Below are positions 42,099-52,332 of a DNA stretch of 64,000 nucleotides, in pieces (the first letter of the stretch is position 1; each line of letters begins with the position of its first letter). The translations under genes were made by a program, and so were the position numbers. The notes beneath the pieces are model-generated. The model did not search any database. It saw only the letters and a program-made list of their open reading frames with translations, and was not told the DNA's origin. The stretch comes from an uncultured delta proteobacterium. GTDB lineage: Bacteria > Desulfobacterota > Binatia > UBA9968. The stretch is taken from assembly GCA_963728565.1 (NCBI GenBank), contig CAVSLC010000005.1, positions 96,001 to 160,000 of the forward strand, in the 5' to 3' direction.

Positions 42099-42827
42099 TT
42101 AAGGAAAGAGCTCCATCCTTCCGGTTCCGCCTTGCCGATCCCAGGTGGATTCCAAGCGCGTGAAAAATTCCCAAGCGCGCCGGGAACGGCGTTCGAAATC
42201 AATTTCGGCGTTAAAGCCACGGCATTCTTCTGCGCTGAAATGATCGATAGGACCGAGGGTCAAGGCCTGCATGGTCTTTTTGCTATCGTCTTCTAAAATC
42301 ATCGAGGCAAACAAAACTTCGGCGAGACTCTTGCCGGCAACTACGATACCATGCCCGCGCATAAGCACGGCGCGATGATCGCCCATCGTCTTCAACAGAT
42401 TGTCGCCACGTTGGGGCGTCGTCACCAGATGAGCTTCTTTGTAGAGTGGCACGCCTTCGCCGAAGATCGTCCCTTGCAAAGTGACCGGGTGAAACTCACG
42501 GCGAGCTATGCTGAACAATGTGGCATAAGGCGTATGGAGATGAGCCACGGCTAATGCGTCCGTGCGGGCACCATGCAGCGCCGTATGAATCGGCCACTCG
42601 ACCGGAGGCAGTGTCTTGCCGTCGAGCGGTTTGCCATCCAGGTGAATGGGAATCATGTCACCCGCCTGAAAATGTGGTTTGTCCGAACCTGATCCGGGTG
42701 TGACAAAGATCGTCTTGGTCTCGCGTTGATAAACACTGACGTGGCCGAACAGGCCAATTAGCCCCTGCATCGCGAAGATGCGCGTACACGTGGCAAGCTG
42801 CTCGCGTAAGTCTTTCTCCGGTGTCAT
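42099..42827 (-). CDS. Class II aldolase/adducin family protein
   Basis: FGHVS; PVEWPIHTALH; VAHLHTP; LMRGHGIV. Confidence 0.9.
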   Translation of the reverse strand: MTPEKDLREQLATCTRIFAMQGLIGLFGHVSVYQRETKTIFVTPGSGSDKPHFQAGDMIPIHLDGKPLDGKTLPPVEWPIHTALHGARTDALAVAHLHTPYATLFSIARREFHPVTLQGTIFGEGVPLYKEAHLVTTPQRGDNLLKTMGDHRAVLMRGHGIVVAGKSLAEVLFASMILEDDSKKTMQALTLGPIDHFSAEECRGFNAEIDFERRSRRAWEFFTRLESTWDRQGGTGRMELFP

Positions 42828-43840
42828 CGACTGGGTCTCCTTTGTACGGCTTCCAATTCCTTCTTTACTTCTTCAACGAGTTGCAGATGTAATAACCGCT
42901 CCGGAGGGACATCTTCTTTGATCTGCAGCGGGACCTTTATGTCGTACTCAAGAAAGTTTCTTATTCCTTGAGCCGTGGGAAGCCCCGGAACACCCTGCGG
43001 TAAGGCACGGGCATAGTTTTTCGTTCCTTCGACAATCATCGGACGAGTAGCTTTGCCTAGTTGAAGGTTTTTAATACCGAGATTTACCGCTTCCTCAGGT
43101 TGGTCGCGCACGAACATAAGCCCGCGAATCGCTGCTTTGAGCCAGCGCTTTATTTGACCTGGGTCTTCGCGAATTTTTCTATCGAGAGTAACAAAACCCT
43201 GAAACGGCATGGGAAAGAGATCACCGAGAAAACCCAAAGAAACCAGTCCCTCTTTTTGAGCAAACACGAGGCCGCCGGGATCTACGGCGCTGGCGTGGGC
43301 GGCGCCTGACTTGAGTGCGAGAATTCGACTGTTGGTGTCCGAGCCCATGGCGATGCGGGTAATATCTCTGCTGGAGACTCCGCCGCGCTCCGCAAACATC
43401 GTGATCATGCGGTCCTGCGTATCGCCTGAACTCCCCACCGCGACCTTTTTGCCCTTCAGGTCGGCGGCGGTCTTAATGCTTGGATCCGCAATCAGGTAAA
43501 ACGTAACTTTTTCTGTTTGAAAAAAAATGCCCTTGACCGGGGCGCCCTTGAGCGCCGCGCGCATACCGCTGCCGCCACCTCCGCTAAAATCGATATCGCC
43601 GCTCAACAGCGCCGCAGTGGCAAGTGGTCCCGAGATCACGACCGTTTCGTTCTCAAGGCCCTCATCGCGGAAGAAGCCTTTGCCGTCAGCTACGTAGATG
43701 GAAAGATAGTTAAGGTTGGCCTGCGGAATGGCGGTTCTTATTTTCTCGGCCCAAACCTCGGACGTAAATGGGATCATTAATACAACCGTGAAAATCCATT
43801 TGTACGCGATGGAAGAACTGCTGAAGGTGGATGTTCTCAT
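42824..43840 (-). CDS. SsuA/NMT1-type substrate-binding protein
   Basis: Signal peptide; KGFFRDEGLE; DLKGKKVAV. Confidence 0.85.
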   Translation of the reverse strand: MRTSTFSSSSIAYKWIFTVVLMIPFTSEVWAEKIRTAIPQANLNYLSIYVADGKGFFRDEGLENETVVISGPLATAALLSGDIDFSGGGGSGMRAALKGAPVKGIFFQTEKVTFYLIADPSIKTAADLKGKKVAVGSSGDTQDRMITMFAERGGVSSRDITRIAMGSDTNSRILALKSGAAHASAVDPGGLVFAQKEGLVSLGFLGDLFPMPFQGFVTLDRKIREDPGQIKRWLKAAIRGLMFVRDQPEEAVNLGIKNLQLGKATRPMIVEGTKNYARALPQGVPGLPTAQGIRNFLEYDIKVPLQIKEDVPPERLLHLQLVEEVKKELEAVQRRPSR

Positions 43841-43907
43841 GTTTGATGGTCCCTATGTTTGCGCTTCTTGAATTTAGCGGGCGGGCTCGCGTCAGCGGTC
43901 GTGACGC

Positions 43908-44715
43908 TCACGAGAAATAACGATAGATCAGCCGCCGCGGATGGATGATAGCCAAAAAGAGAGCGCGCAACTTGCCCCTGATACCGCAGCGCGTTGTGAA
44001 CAGATCTTTCAGCATCAAGCCGAGCGGTATCTTGTGTTTCGGAAACCTCTGCTCGCCGATATGGCGCAGCCCGTATCGTTCCTGGTTTTCTTTGAGGACG
44101 TAAATCACGTTGCCGCCGCCGGCTTCTTTGTCGCCATACGTGTAACCGCCAACGGTTTCCGCCTGCTTCTTTGCCTTCACGGTAATCTCTTCCGTGAGAC
44201 CGAAATCCAACGCTTGCGTTGGGCAGGCTTGGACACAAAATGGGTGCTTGTCTTCGCTGATTCGGTCGCTGCACATGGTGCATTTGCTGGCTTTATGCGT
44301 AATGTCATCGTTGGTAATGACATCCCATGGACAAGCGTGAATGCAGTACTCGCACCCGATGCAGACTTCCTGATTGATTACTACCGGGCCTTCTTCGTAC
44401 TTGGTGATCGCTTCCACCGGGCACACCGCCGCACAGGCGGCGAACTCGCAATGCATACAACTGTTTCGTGCCCACAGCGGCGAGAGCCCCTCGAGCACAG
44501 GCGGCTCCATAGTTATCCAGTTGGTGCTGGAGAGAGCATAGAGGTTGGTGCGGTCGTGATCGTTCCAATCCTTACAAGCCTGGACACAGTGACGGCAGCC
44601 GATGCATTGGGTCGCATCGAATAGAATGCTTCTTGCTTTGCCATCGCGGAGCCTCGCCGTCGGCACCAGGCTGCCGTATTGTTGAGTTCAGAGTATCGGT
44701 CGGACTGTTCGCCAT
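43908..44715 (-). CDS. 4Fe-4S dicluster protein (FdnH/DmsB-like beta subunit); RBS-ATG at 44715 is one base out of frame with the ORF from 44666
   Basis: CIGCRHCVQAC; CMHCEFAACAAVCP; CIGCEYCIHACP; KCTMC...CVQACP. Confidence 0.9.
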
Positions 44716-44859
44716 GAGCTTCCTTTTTAACTTATCGCTGATCATGCACCGGATGTATCACTTCTTTTTATGTCGTCATAACTGCGGCGAAGATGAATAC
44801 TGGAAATGCAGAAAAGGGAAGGTAGTGACTATGTTTGCTAGCAATACAACAACCTGCAT

Positions 44860-45370
44860 GAATGCGCTGACGGCAGAGCGCGGCTATCTGACTGAGAAGA
44901 CTTTGAGTCAAGCTGATAAGAAGCGATGGAGCTTTTAGGCCGACGCGTCCTGATTTCTATAAGGGTCCTTACAATGCAGATGTCTTACATGTCGGCATAG
45001 AGGCGCGCCAGGCCGTTCCGCAGGGCAATTTAAACACTCAGTGCAGTCACATTCGGCACGCTTGCTGAGATACAGTACTACCAGATTCAACGGCACAACC
45101 AGTGCGATGGCTGCTCTGTACAAGACAGTGTACGCATGAGTGGACGGCGGATCTTAGTGGTCGGCTGCGTCAAGACCTAATAGAGAAACGACGAAAGGAA
45201 ATGAGAGAGGCGAAGTTTTCCACAAAGATGTATCAGAGAAACGGCATTGAGGGAACACACAGCGAATTGGTGCGCGGTCACGGGCTTAGACGGACGAAAT
45301 ACCGGGACTAAGCCGAGTCATCTTATCGCATTACTTCACGGGGGCTTGCAATGAGAAACGATAGTTAGAT
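44860..45370 (+). mobile_element. Degraded IS1182-like transposase C-terminal remnant
   Basis: MYQRNGIEGTHSELVRGHGLRRTKYR(GL) resembles the IS1182/IS5-group DDE C-terminus. Upstream TAERGY resembles ADRGY. Frames are broken and no TIRs were recognised. Confidence 0.6.
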
Positions 45371-45591
45371 TTGCGGGCTTCCAAATGAGCATGGCCGCTC
45401 TGAACACCTTTTCAGGGCTAAGAACAGTTCATGTTCGTGAGTTAGGAGAAAAAGTCGATGAAATTTGTTTTATTCTCAAACTTTGCATTTGAATCGCAAG
45501 CATTCTGCGCGTTGATCAAAAGCAAGAAATCGGGTTTGCAGCAGAATCAAATGCGTTCGTTCGCAGGCCTCCTCCGCCTGTTCTTGGCTGC

Positions 45592-46647
45592 TTAAAGATC
45601 CGAGGCAACACAGAGCACGCGATCCGCCGGCAGCTCCAGGGGCAATCGTTCCCAAGTGTCTCTTTGATCTTTGCTGACCAGGATATCTCCACTGCCTTTC
45701 TGTGAAGCGTCTGCTGAACGGCCGCGGGAAACGGCGCCTAAACCCGCATAGACGATTGAAGGATCCTCCGGATGTTGCGTAAGCGCTCAGACCATCTGCT
45801 TCATGTCTTGCGGTAGCCACTGTCCGACACCGACGCGTTCCCAAGTATCTGCCAGGCTGCGACTGCGAAAAACGGCTCCCTGGGCCTTCTCCGGTCGATC
45901 CCAATAGCCCGGAGATTTGTCCGCTGTCGCCACTAGCATGACGGGTGGAGTTCCAGGTAGGAACACAAAATCGTGAAAATAGTCTCGCGTGAATCCGTTC
46001 TCAGCGCGCCTCCAGCCATTGCCCGGATCAGTGCTGCTGAAAAATCCCCTGGCAGTGGCAAGGAAGTAGAGATCGTTGCGACCCGGCGCGCTGCTGATGT
46101 GGTGAATGTCGAGGTAGTCAATTCCACCGCTTACATCCTGCCATGACTTGCCCCGATCAAAGCTGCGAATTACTCCGCCGTGTTCCAGACAAACATGGAG
46201 CAGATTCGGATCATCCGGATGCACGAAGATATGTCGCACGTGCTCTCTGTGCGGTGGCAGCGGATAAGTCCATTGCTTCTTGATCTCCGGCGGTAAGTCG
46301 TGGACGCCCGTCAGCTCTTCCCAGCTTCGCCCGCCATCTTCGCTCCTGTGGAGATGGATGGGTTCGGTGCCAACGTAAACGACTTTTTCATCCGTTGGAT
46401 CGACGGTTACTGCCCTGATATTGCCCTCGAAGACTCGCCCCCAGCTCTTGCCGGCGTCTTCCGTGCGGTAAACTCCATCACGAGTGAGCTCTAAGTAGAC
46501 AACGTTCGGCTGTTGCCGCGGCCCATCCATGGAATCGATGGTTCCTGTCTCAAATGAAACCGACACTTTGTCGCAGGAACCATTGCGCGAACGCCAGATA
46601 AATAATCCCTCCTGGGTACCGGCGTAAATACGGATGCGACTTGCCAT
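45592..46647 (-). pseudogene. BNR/YVTN beta-propeller protein with in-frame TGA at 45787-45789
   Basis: Asp-box repeats RTEDAGKSW, RSEDGGRSW and RSFDRGKSW. The frame continues past TGA as ALTQHPEDPSIVYAGLG...SKDQRDTW to TAA 45592. Confidence 0.8.
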
Positions 46648-46732
46648 GGCTGCTCCTTCTTTTGGTGCGTGGATGTTTTCGGAACCTACTCTAAATACAC
46701 TTCCTGTGTCGGTAATCGCTGTGGCTTTGCTC

Positions 46733-47464
46733 TCATGGAAGCAAGGGGCACGCTCCCGTGCCTGGCTGGCGGTCCCATTGAGCCTCCACCTCCGCGAAGT
46801 AGTCCCAGGTTCGATGCGATCTACGCTGCAAACCGTCTTCGCCGTCGAAAGCGTTGCATTCCTCCAAGCTAATGAACCCAACCTCGCCGAGGCTCGCTGC
46901 TTGGAGAGTTTTTTGTGCGTCGTCCTCAAAGATCAGCGAAGAGAACAGCGCCTCTTCAATGTCCCTGCCAACTATGACGACGCCATGGCCACGGAGGAGC
47001 GCTGCCCGCTTATCGCGAATCACATCCACCAGACCGAGGCCCTGATCCGGAGTTTTTATCAACTGAGCCGTCTCATAAAGAGGCACTCCGCGGGCAAAAA
47101 GAGCTCCTTGCAAGGTGACCGGGCGAAACTCGCGGATGGCAATGGCGAAGAGTGTCGCGAACGGCGAATGCAGATGAGCCACCGCCAGAGCGTCGGATCG
47201 CGCCGCATGCAGGGCGGTATGGATGGGCCATTCCACAGGAATTCCTCCCTCGCCTTCCTCCAGAATTTTTCCTGAGTGGTCGAGCACGAATATGCTCTCT
47301 GCACGTGTCTTTGCTCTGTTGCAGCCCATGCCGGGAGAGAGCAGGACGCGGCGAGTGGCGGGCAGGTACATGCTGATGTGCCCGAATAGCGTCAATAACC
47401 CTTGCATGGCAAAAATCCGGGTGCAGGTCGCGAGTTTTTCTCTAGCTGCGCTATCATCGCTCAT
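46733..47464 (-). CDS. Class II aldolase/adducin family protein (paralog of 42099-42827)
   Basis: REKLATCTRIFAMQGL; PVEWPIHTALH; LLRGHGVV. Confidence 0.9.
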   Translation of the reverse strand: MSDDSAAREKLATCTRIFAMQGLLTLFGHISMYLPATRRVLLSPGMGCNRAKTRAESIFVLDHSGKILEEGEGGIPVEWPIHTALHAARSDALAVAHLHSPFATLFAIAIREFRPVTLQGALFARGVPLYETAQLIKTPDQGLGLVDVIRDKRAALLRGHGVVIVGRDIEEALFSSLIFEDDAQKTLQAASLGEVGFISLEECNAFDGEDGLQRRSHRTWDYFAEVEAQWDRQPGTGACPLLP

Positions 47465-47551
47465 GAAAAGTATTTCTCCTTCCGGTGACTGTGGCCGGGT
47501 TTTTTTGATGGCCGACAGCTTGTCGTCATGGGTCCAAATCTCGACTCTCAT

Positions 47552-48598
47552 TTATCGCGCCGCCGCTATGTCCTTCCTGGCTTTGTCGACAAAGCGAAAA
47601 TCGGCGATCTCGGAGACCGTAATCGGCCGAGTCACCTTGGCATTTTCCCGAACCATGTCCACCAAAAACTGAACGGATTCCGTCTTGACTGAGGCGTCTT
47701 TCGTCAGCACCCGGGTGAGATGCCTGAACATCTCGGCCGCCATAGCGCGATTGCCGATCTTCCATTGACGCATGACAATATTCATAACCTCGTCATAGTT
47801 CTGCTTGTCCCAGACAAACGCGAGCCCGCGCAGCGACGCGCGCACCATTTTATAAACCTCGTCGGGGTTTTCACGGATTTTTTTCTCTGCGGCGCCGAAC
47901 CCGTTTTGGGGAAACTCGGCGAAGTCTCCAAGAAAAATGAGCTCGTTATATCCTTTTTGTTGCGCAACGATATTATAGGGCAGCTCGAGCACCGCGGCGT
48001 CTACGACGCCGCTCTCCAAGGCGGCAAACCGGCCGGCCCCGGTCCCTCCCATAGGATTAAGCTCGACATCGCGATCGGGGTCGAGGCCGACTTTGCCGAG
48101 AACCAGCCTAGACAGCATCGTGGCTACCGCGCCTGGAGAGCTGCCGGCGAGTTTTTTCCCTTTCAGCTGGGCGGGTTCCTTGATCTCGTTCTTGCTGATA
48201 AAGAACATGAGCGGGCGTTCAGTCGTGAAAATTAGGGCGCGCATCGACCGCCCCTGAATTTGCGCCGTGATCACGCCGCTGATAGCGCCGTTGTAGTCCA
48301 GATCTCCTGAAAGAACCGCGGTGCTCGCCAAGTTGGCCGGCATCACAATTAACTCCAGATCTATTCCTTCTTGCCGGTAGAAGCCTTTCTCCAGCGCGGC
48401 ATAGAAAGCCAAATAACCTATGTGCGAGGAAGGAAGCGACATGCGAACCTTCTTGAGCTCTGTTTGGGCGAAAGAAGTTCCTGAACCAGTGATGGTTAAC
48501 GTTACGATGGCAAGCGGCATGATCACCTTTAGCGAACAAACCACTCGCCGCACTGCTCTGATTTGCAGTAACATCGTAAGCCTCCTTGGGTCTGTCAA
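47552..48598 (-). CDS. SsuA/NMT1-type substrate-binding protein (paralog of 38540-39541; start uncertain)
   Basis: MPANLASTAVL, YNELIFLGD and RENPDEVYKMVRA are shared with the other copy. Confidence 0.85.
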   Translation of the reverse strand: MTDPRRLTMLLQIRAVRRVVCSLKVIMPLAIVTLTITGSGTSFAQTELKKVRMSLPSSHIGYLAFYAALEKGFYRQEGIDLELIVMPANLASTAVLSGDLDYNGAISGVITAQIQGRSMRALIFTTERPLMFFISKNEIKEPAQLKGKKLAGSSPGAVATMLSRLVLGKVGLDPDRDVELNPMGGTGAGRFAALESGVVDAAVLELPYNIVAQQKGYNELIFLGDFAEFPQNGFGAAEKKIRENPDEVYKMVRASLRGLAFVWDKQNYDEVMNIVMRQWKIGNRAMAAEMFRHLTRVLTKDASVKTESVQFLVDMVRENAKVTRPITVSEIADFRFVDKARKDIAAAR

Positions 48599-48602
48599 GA
48601 AT

Positions 48603-50535
48603 TCAGTCTAAGTGACTCCAGGACGCGAACTCATCCAAACCTAGCTGGATCAGTGTATCCCGGAAAGGACGCCCCGTCTTCTCGTGCCTCCCGGAAATCC
48701 GGTAATACTCGTGCACCAGATCCGGAAGCCATTGTGCTATGGTAAAGCCTTTGAATTTGCCGTCAGGAATCGGTTCTAAAAACCTCGGCCCTACATCCTT
48801 CCAATCATGCTCGGCTGTCCATCCCCGCTGAGTCCCGAAAATGCTCTGCAGGATGATGCTTCGGTGGCCGGCCTCCAGAGTCTCATCCAGAGTGACGTCC
48901 CAACCGGTCGTAGCATTAAGCGAGTCCACGAGACTATGAAGTCCGTCGGGCTGTTTGTAACTGAGCGCAAACCAGCAACCTCCCATCAGCCCGCAAGCCT
49001 GGCGGATCTTTTCTGCGAGCAGGTGAGAGCGCGCCCAGCCGTCGGGCAAAGTCGGGTCGAGCGGTCCCCACTGCTCCCGGCTTGCCAGATCCGGCGGCGG
49101 TGAATTGTCTCCCGAACCTGTTCCACCCCCTTGCGGTTTCATGCCGCCGGTCGCGGTTAGTTCACTCAGCATGCTGCTCAGTAACGGTCGCCAGTCGTGC
49201 TGCGCCGGGGTCCCTCCCTTGACGTGTACGACCCAGTTCAGCGCTACTCCGCCGAGAGCCTGATGCGAGCTCATATGGCCTATCAGCCAACAAGTTCCCT
49301 AACCAGCGGATCCTGCGAGCGCAGCGGTAGAGCAGAATCTCCGTAGCTTCGAGGTTCCCCCACGTCAATTCCAAACCGTCCGTCCGATCAGTTCCCAGGA
49401 GGCCCTTCTCCCAGGCTTCAAACGCCAGACCAGCGCTGTTGGCAAAATGACTGCACTCGATTCCTAAATCATTGATTCGTTCAGAGAGATAGAGCACGTC
49501 ATTTCCTTTGAACCCGAGGTTGTAGAAGGTGTCCATCCATTGCTTCCGGCATTGAAGTGGCCGACCTTTCCCCTGTGCACTCCCTCTCCGATTTCCACAT
49601 CCCAGGGGCATAAACGAGGGCATTGAAAGCAAGGGCGGAGAGTGACACGGTTCTGATCAAATCCCTTGTTCTCATCCGCGATGAGGGTGCTACGCCAGTT
49701 ATATTTGGTGAGTGCTCCCCAGTCCTCCCCATGACCGACACTTTTCTTGCGCTTGGCTACCGTATAGATGCGTGGAGTCAGCGCTACCTTCCAACGTTCC
49801 CCCGCGTCAATCAAAGCGAGCTTATCGAACAACTGCGGGCGCTTGGTTCCCCAGGCTACAATGGCCTTGAGTTTTTTCGATCCCATGACCGCGCGCAAGC
49901 CATGCGCCGCGCTGTGATTGTAATCGTTTACCAACATGGCCGCCCGAACCAAGTGTTCGCCTGCTGGCCCTATGCAGCCGATCTTCGCATCGCGATGGCC
50001 GGCCTCGGAGCGCAGACTTTCCTCCGTGGCCCGGGTGCCTTTGCCCCAAACGTGAGAGGCGTCGCGCAACTCCAGTCGGTCCTCACCCACATATGAAATA
50101 AACCGGCTGCTGCGCAGCGCCGGTGATGATTAGACCGTCATAACCCGCCGCCTTGAGTGTCGTCGCTAAAAAACCACTCGTCGCTCCCCGCCCCAATGTG
50201 TAACTTGTGGCCGGGCTCAAATAAACAAAATTTATTTTGGTGCCACCGGGAGATAAATCCGGTTCCGGTAATCGGACCCGTGATTCCCACGATGACGCTT
50301 TGAGCATCATAAGCATCGGTGCCGATCTAGAGTTCGTGAAGTAAAATGTATTCGGCCAGGAGTTGCCCGCCCCAGAGTTTGCGCAATACCGGCTCCTCAG
50401 GAAGGTTCTCGTAAAGCAGCTCACCTTTGCTCAGGTCCACTCTGAGTATTTTTCCCATATAACCACGGGAAGACGGGTGTGCCGCTGCGCTGGAAAAATA
50501 TTCTGATGCGCTCTGATGCTTTGAGCGACTTTCAT
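48603..50535 (-). pseudogene. Second AOR-family gene, multiply frameshifted
   Basis: Pieces 50083-50424, 49464-50090, 49162-49632 and 48603-49274 align in order with the intact AOR (CFQCPRLC, HVKGGTPAQHDWRPLL). Confidence 0.85.
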
Positions 50536-50879
50536 AGGAAGTTTCCGCTAAGCGTCAAACGCTTACAAATGGCGGTCTGAAGACGCATAGGCTGCATAGC
50601 TTCGTGGATTGAGAGAGGTTTCCGCATCCGGCCGGCAAGCGGAAGGGTGGCCAGTTTATGTGTACCTTTAGCTTTCGCTAAATATGACTAGCCTGTAGCG
50701 TAGCGTTCCAAAGTTGTCAACGACTCTTCCCAACTCTCAGTGGTGAGCAGCGTTAGTAGGAGGCAGCTGAGATAACAATCGACCATCATTGGATAAGCAT
50801 TTTGTATGGACACAAGATCACAACTCTTTTTTGAGATATCGAGATTGCCGCCAGCTTGGCGACGCGCTGCAGTATCGTC

Positions 50880-51240
50880 CTGCGAGAAATAACGATAGAT
50901 AAGGCGCCTCGGATGAATGAGGGCTAAGTAAAGAGCGCGCAACTTGCACTTGATACCGCAACGCGTTGTGAACAGATCTTTCAGCATCAAGCCGAGCGGT
51001 ATCTTGTGCTCGAAAACTTCTGCGCGCCGATATTGTGGAGCCCCTATTGTTCCTTTTTTTCTTTGAAGCACAAACTACGTTGCCGCCCCGCTTCTTTGTC
51101 GCCGTAAGTGTAAACACCAGCGGTTTCCGCTTGCTTCTTTGCTTTTACGGTAATCTCATCCGTTAAACCGAATCTAACGCTTCGGTGGGGGCAGGCTTGG
51201 ACACAAACGGTTGCTTGTTCTTCGCTGATTCGATCGCCGT
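50880..51240 (-). pseudogene. 3' remnant of a second 4Fe-4S subunit gene
   Basis: HKIPLGLMLKDLFTTRCGI...HPRRLIYRYFS and CVQAC; DNA closely matches 43910-44270; 5' half absent. Confidence 0.8.
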
Positions 51241-51451
51241 CAACTATTGGCGGGCGTACGAAAAGCGGTACAGGCGATTAGAAACGTCGAATCGAACACT
51301 GAACGAAAGTGGAAAACAATTTTTGGCTAGTGAGAAGGGATGACGCAAGAGATACTTCCGATTCGGCTTGCCGGAGCATGGCGTTGCGCGCATCCTCGGC
51401 AAGCCGAATCGGTCGACGTTAGTCCAAGAAAATTAACCCTTGTCCAACAAT

Positions 51452-52045
51452 TTAAACATCATCACGGCGGCGAACGGTGCCGGAGGCATCACGCGGAAGC
51501 GGCTTGTCGGTTTCCGCGAAATCGGCGCTGGCCTCGCCGGCAGAGGACACATCCTGAGCTCCGGTTCTCTCCAGTATGTCTTTAGCGCGGCTGGTCCATT
51601 CAGAATTGTCACAATGAACCGAGACTAGAATCCCGCCGTCCTTGATTCGACCTTCATACCTCTTGGCCTCGTATTCGGGGATACCCGCGCCGACCAGAGC
51701 GCCGGTCAGGCCGCCCACCGCCCCGCCGACTCCAGCGCCGGCAAGTGCAGCCATGATGGGACCGGCCGCAATGAACGGACCGACGCCCGGGATTGCGATC
51801 GCGCCTATGCCAGCTAACCAGCCCAAGACGCCGCCGGCTACTGCTCCTGTGCCCGCGCCACTCGCCGCGCCTTCAGGAGCTTTGGTGCCCTTTCTATGCG
51901 CAAAATCCTTGGTGCCTTCGTTCTCTGGAAACAGGACCGAAATGTCTTCATTCCTATAACCGGCGCTTTGCAGAGCGCTAATTCCGTTCTCTAGAGCCGT
52001 TTCATTCGGGTATATTCCGAATGCCGCAGTATTTTTGCCTGCCAT
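51452..52045 (-). CDS. General-stress/DUF3341-like glycine-zipper membrane protein
   Basis: AAFGIY...GYRNEDISVL...KGTKAPEGAASG...IPGVGPFIAAGP...GIPEYEAKRYEGRIKDGGILVSVH. Confidence 0.8.
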   Translation of the reverse strand: MAGKNTAAFGIYPNETALENGISALQSAGYRNEDISVLFPENEGTKDFAHRKGTKAPEGAASGAGTGAVAGGVLGWLAGIGAIAIPGVGPFIAAGPIMAALAGAGVGGAVGGLTGALVGAGIPEYEAKRYEGRIKDGGILVSVHCDNSEWTSRAKDILERTGAQDVSSAGEASADFAETDKPLPRDASGTVRRRDDV

Positions 52046-52084
52046 AATATTTACTCCTTTCCGTTTTTCGCTGTCATAGCGAAG

Positions 52085-52100
52085 AGCGAATCACGTGCCA
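52085..52100 (-). promoter_or_regulatory. Putative sigma54 promoter
   Basis: Minus strand reads TGGCACGTGATTCGCT, near-consensus TGGCAC with GG-N10-GC, 40 nt upstream of ATG 52045 and its AAGGAG RBS. Confidence 0.65.
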
Positions 52101-52332
52101 AGCACCGCGGGGTAAACGTGCAGGCAATGGACGCGCGTTTGTGAACCCATGTCCCAAAGAGGAGAAACATACTCTTAGATAGAGCCCACAACTGGGACAG
52201 AATCTCAAGCTGATGTGAAGCGTAACAATCGTTGGATGACTTTCGTCGTCAGAGCGCACAACCTGCGTGCTCGGACGCGAACCCGGACAGCTCGTTGCTT
52301 CCTCTTCTATCTCTGATTATGATCTGGCATCT

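Noticed and set aside
45787-45789. Selenocysteine or alternative genetic code at the in-frame TGA
   Set aside because: The context predicts Trp rather than Cys, and many neighbouring genes use TGA as a normal stop.
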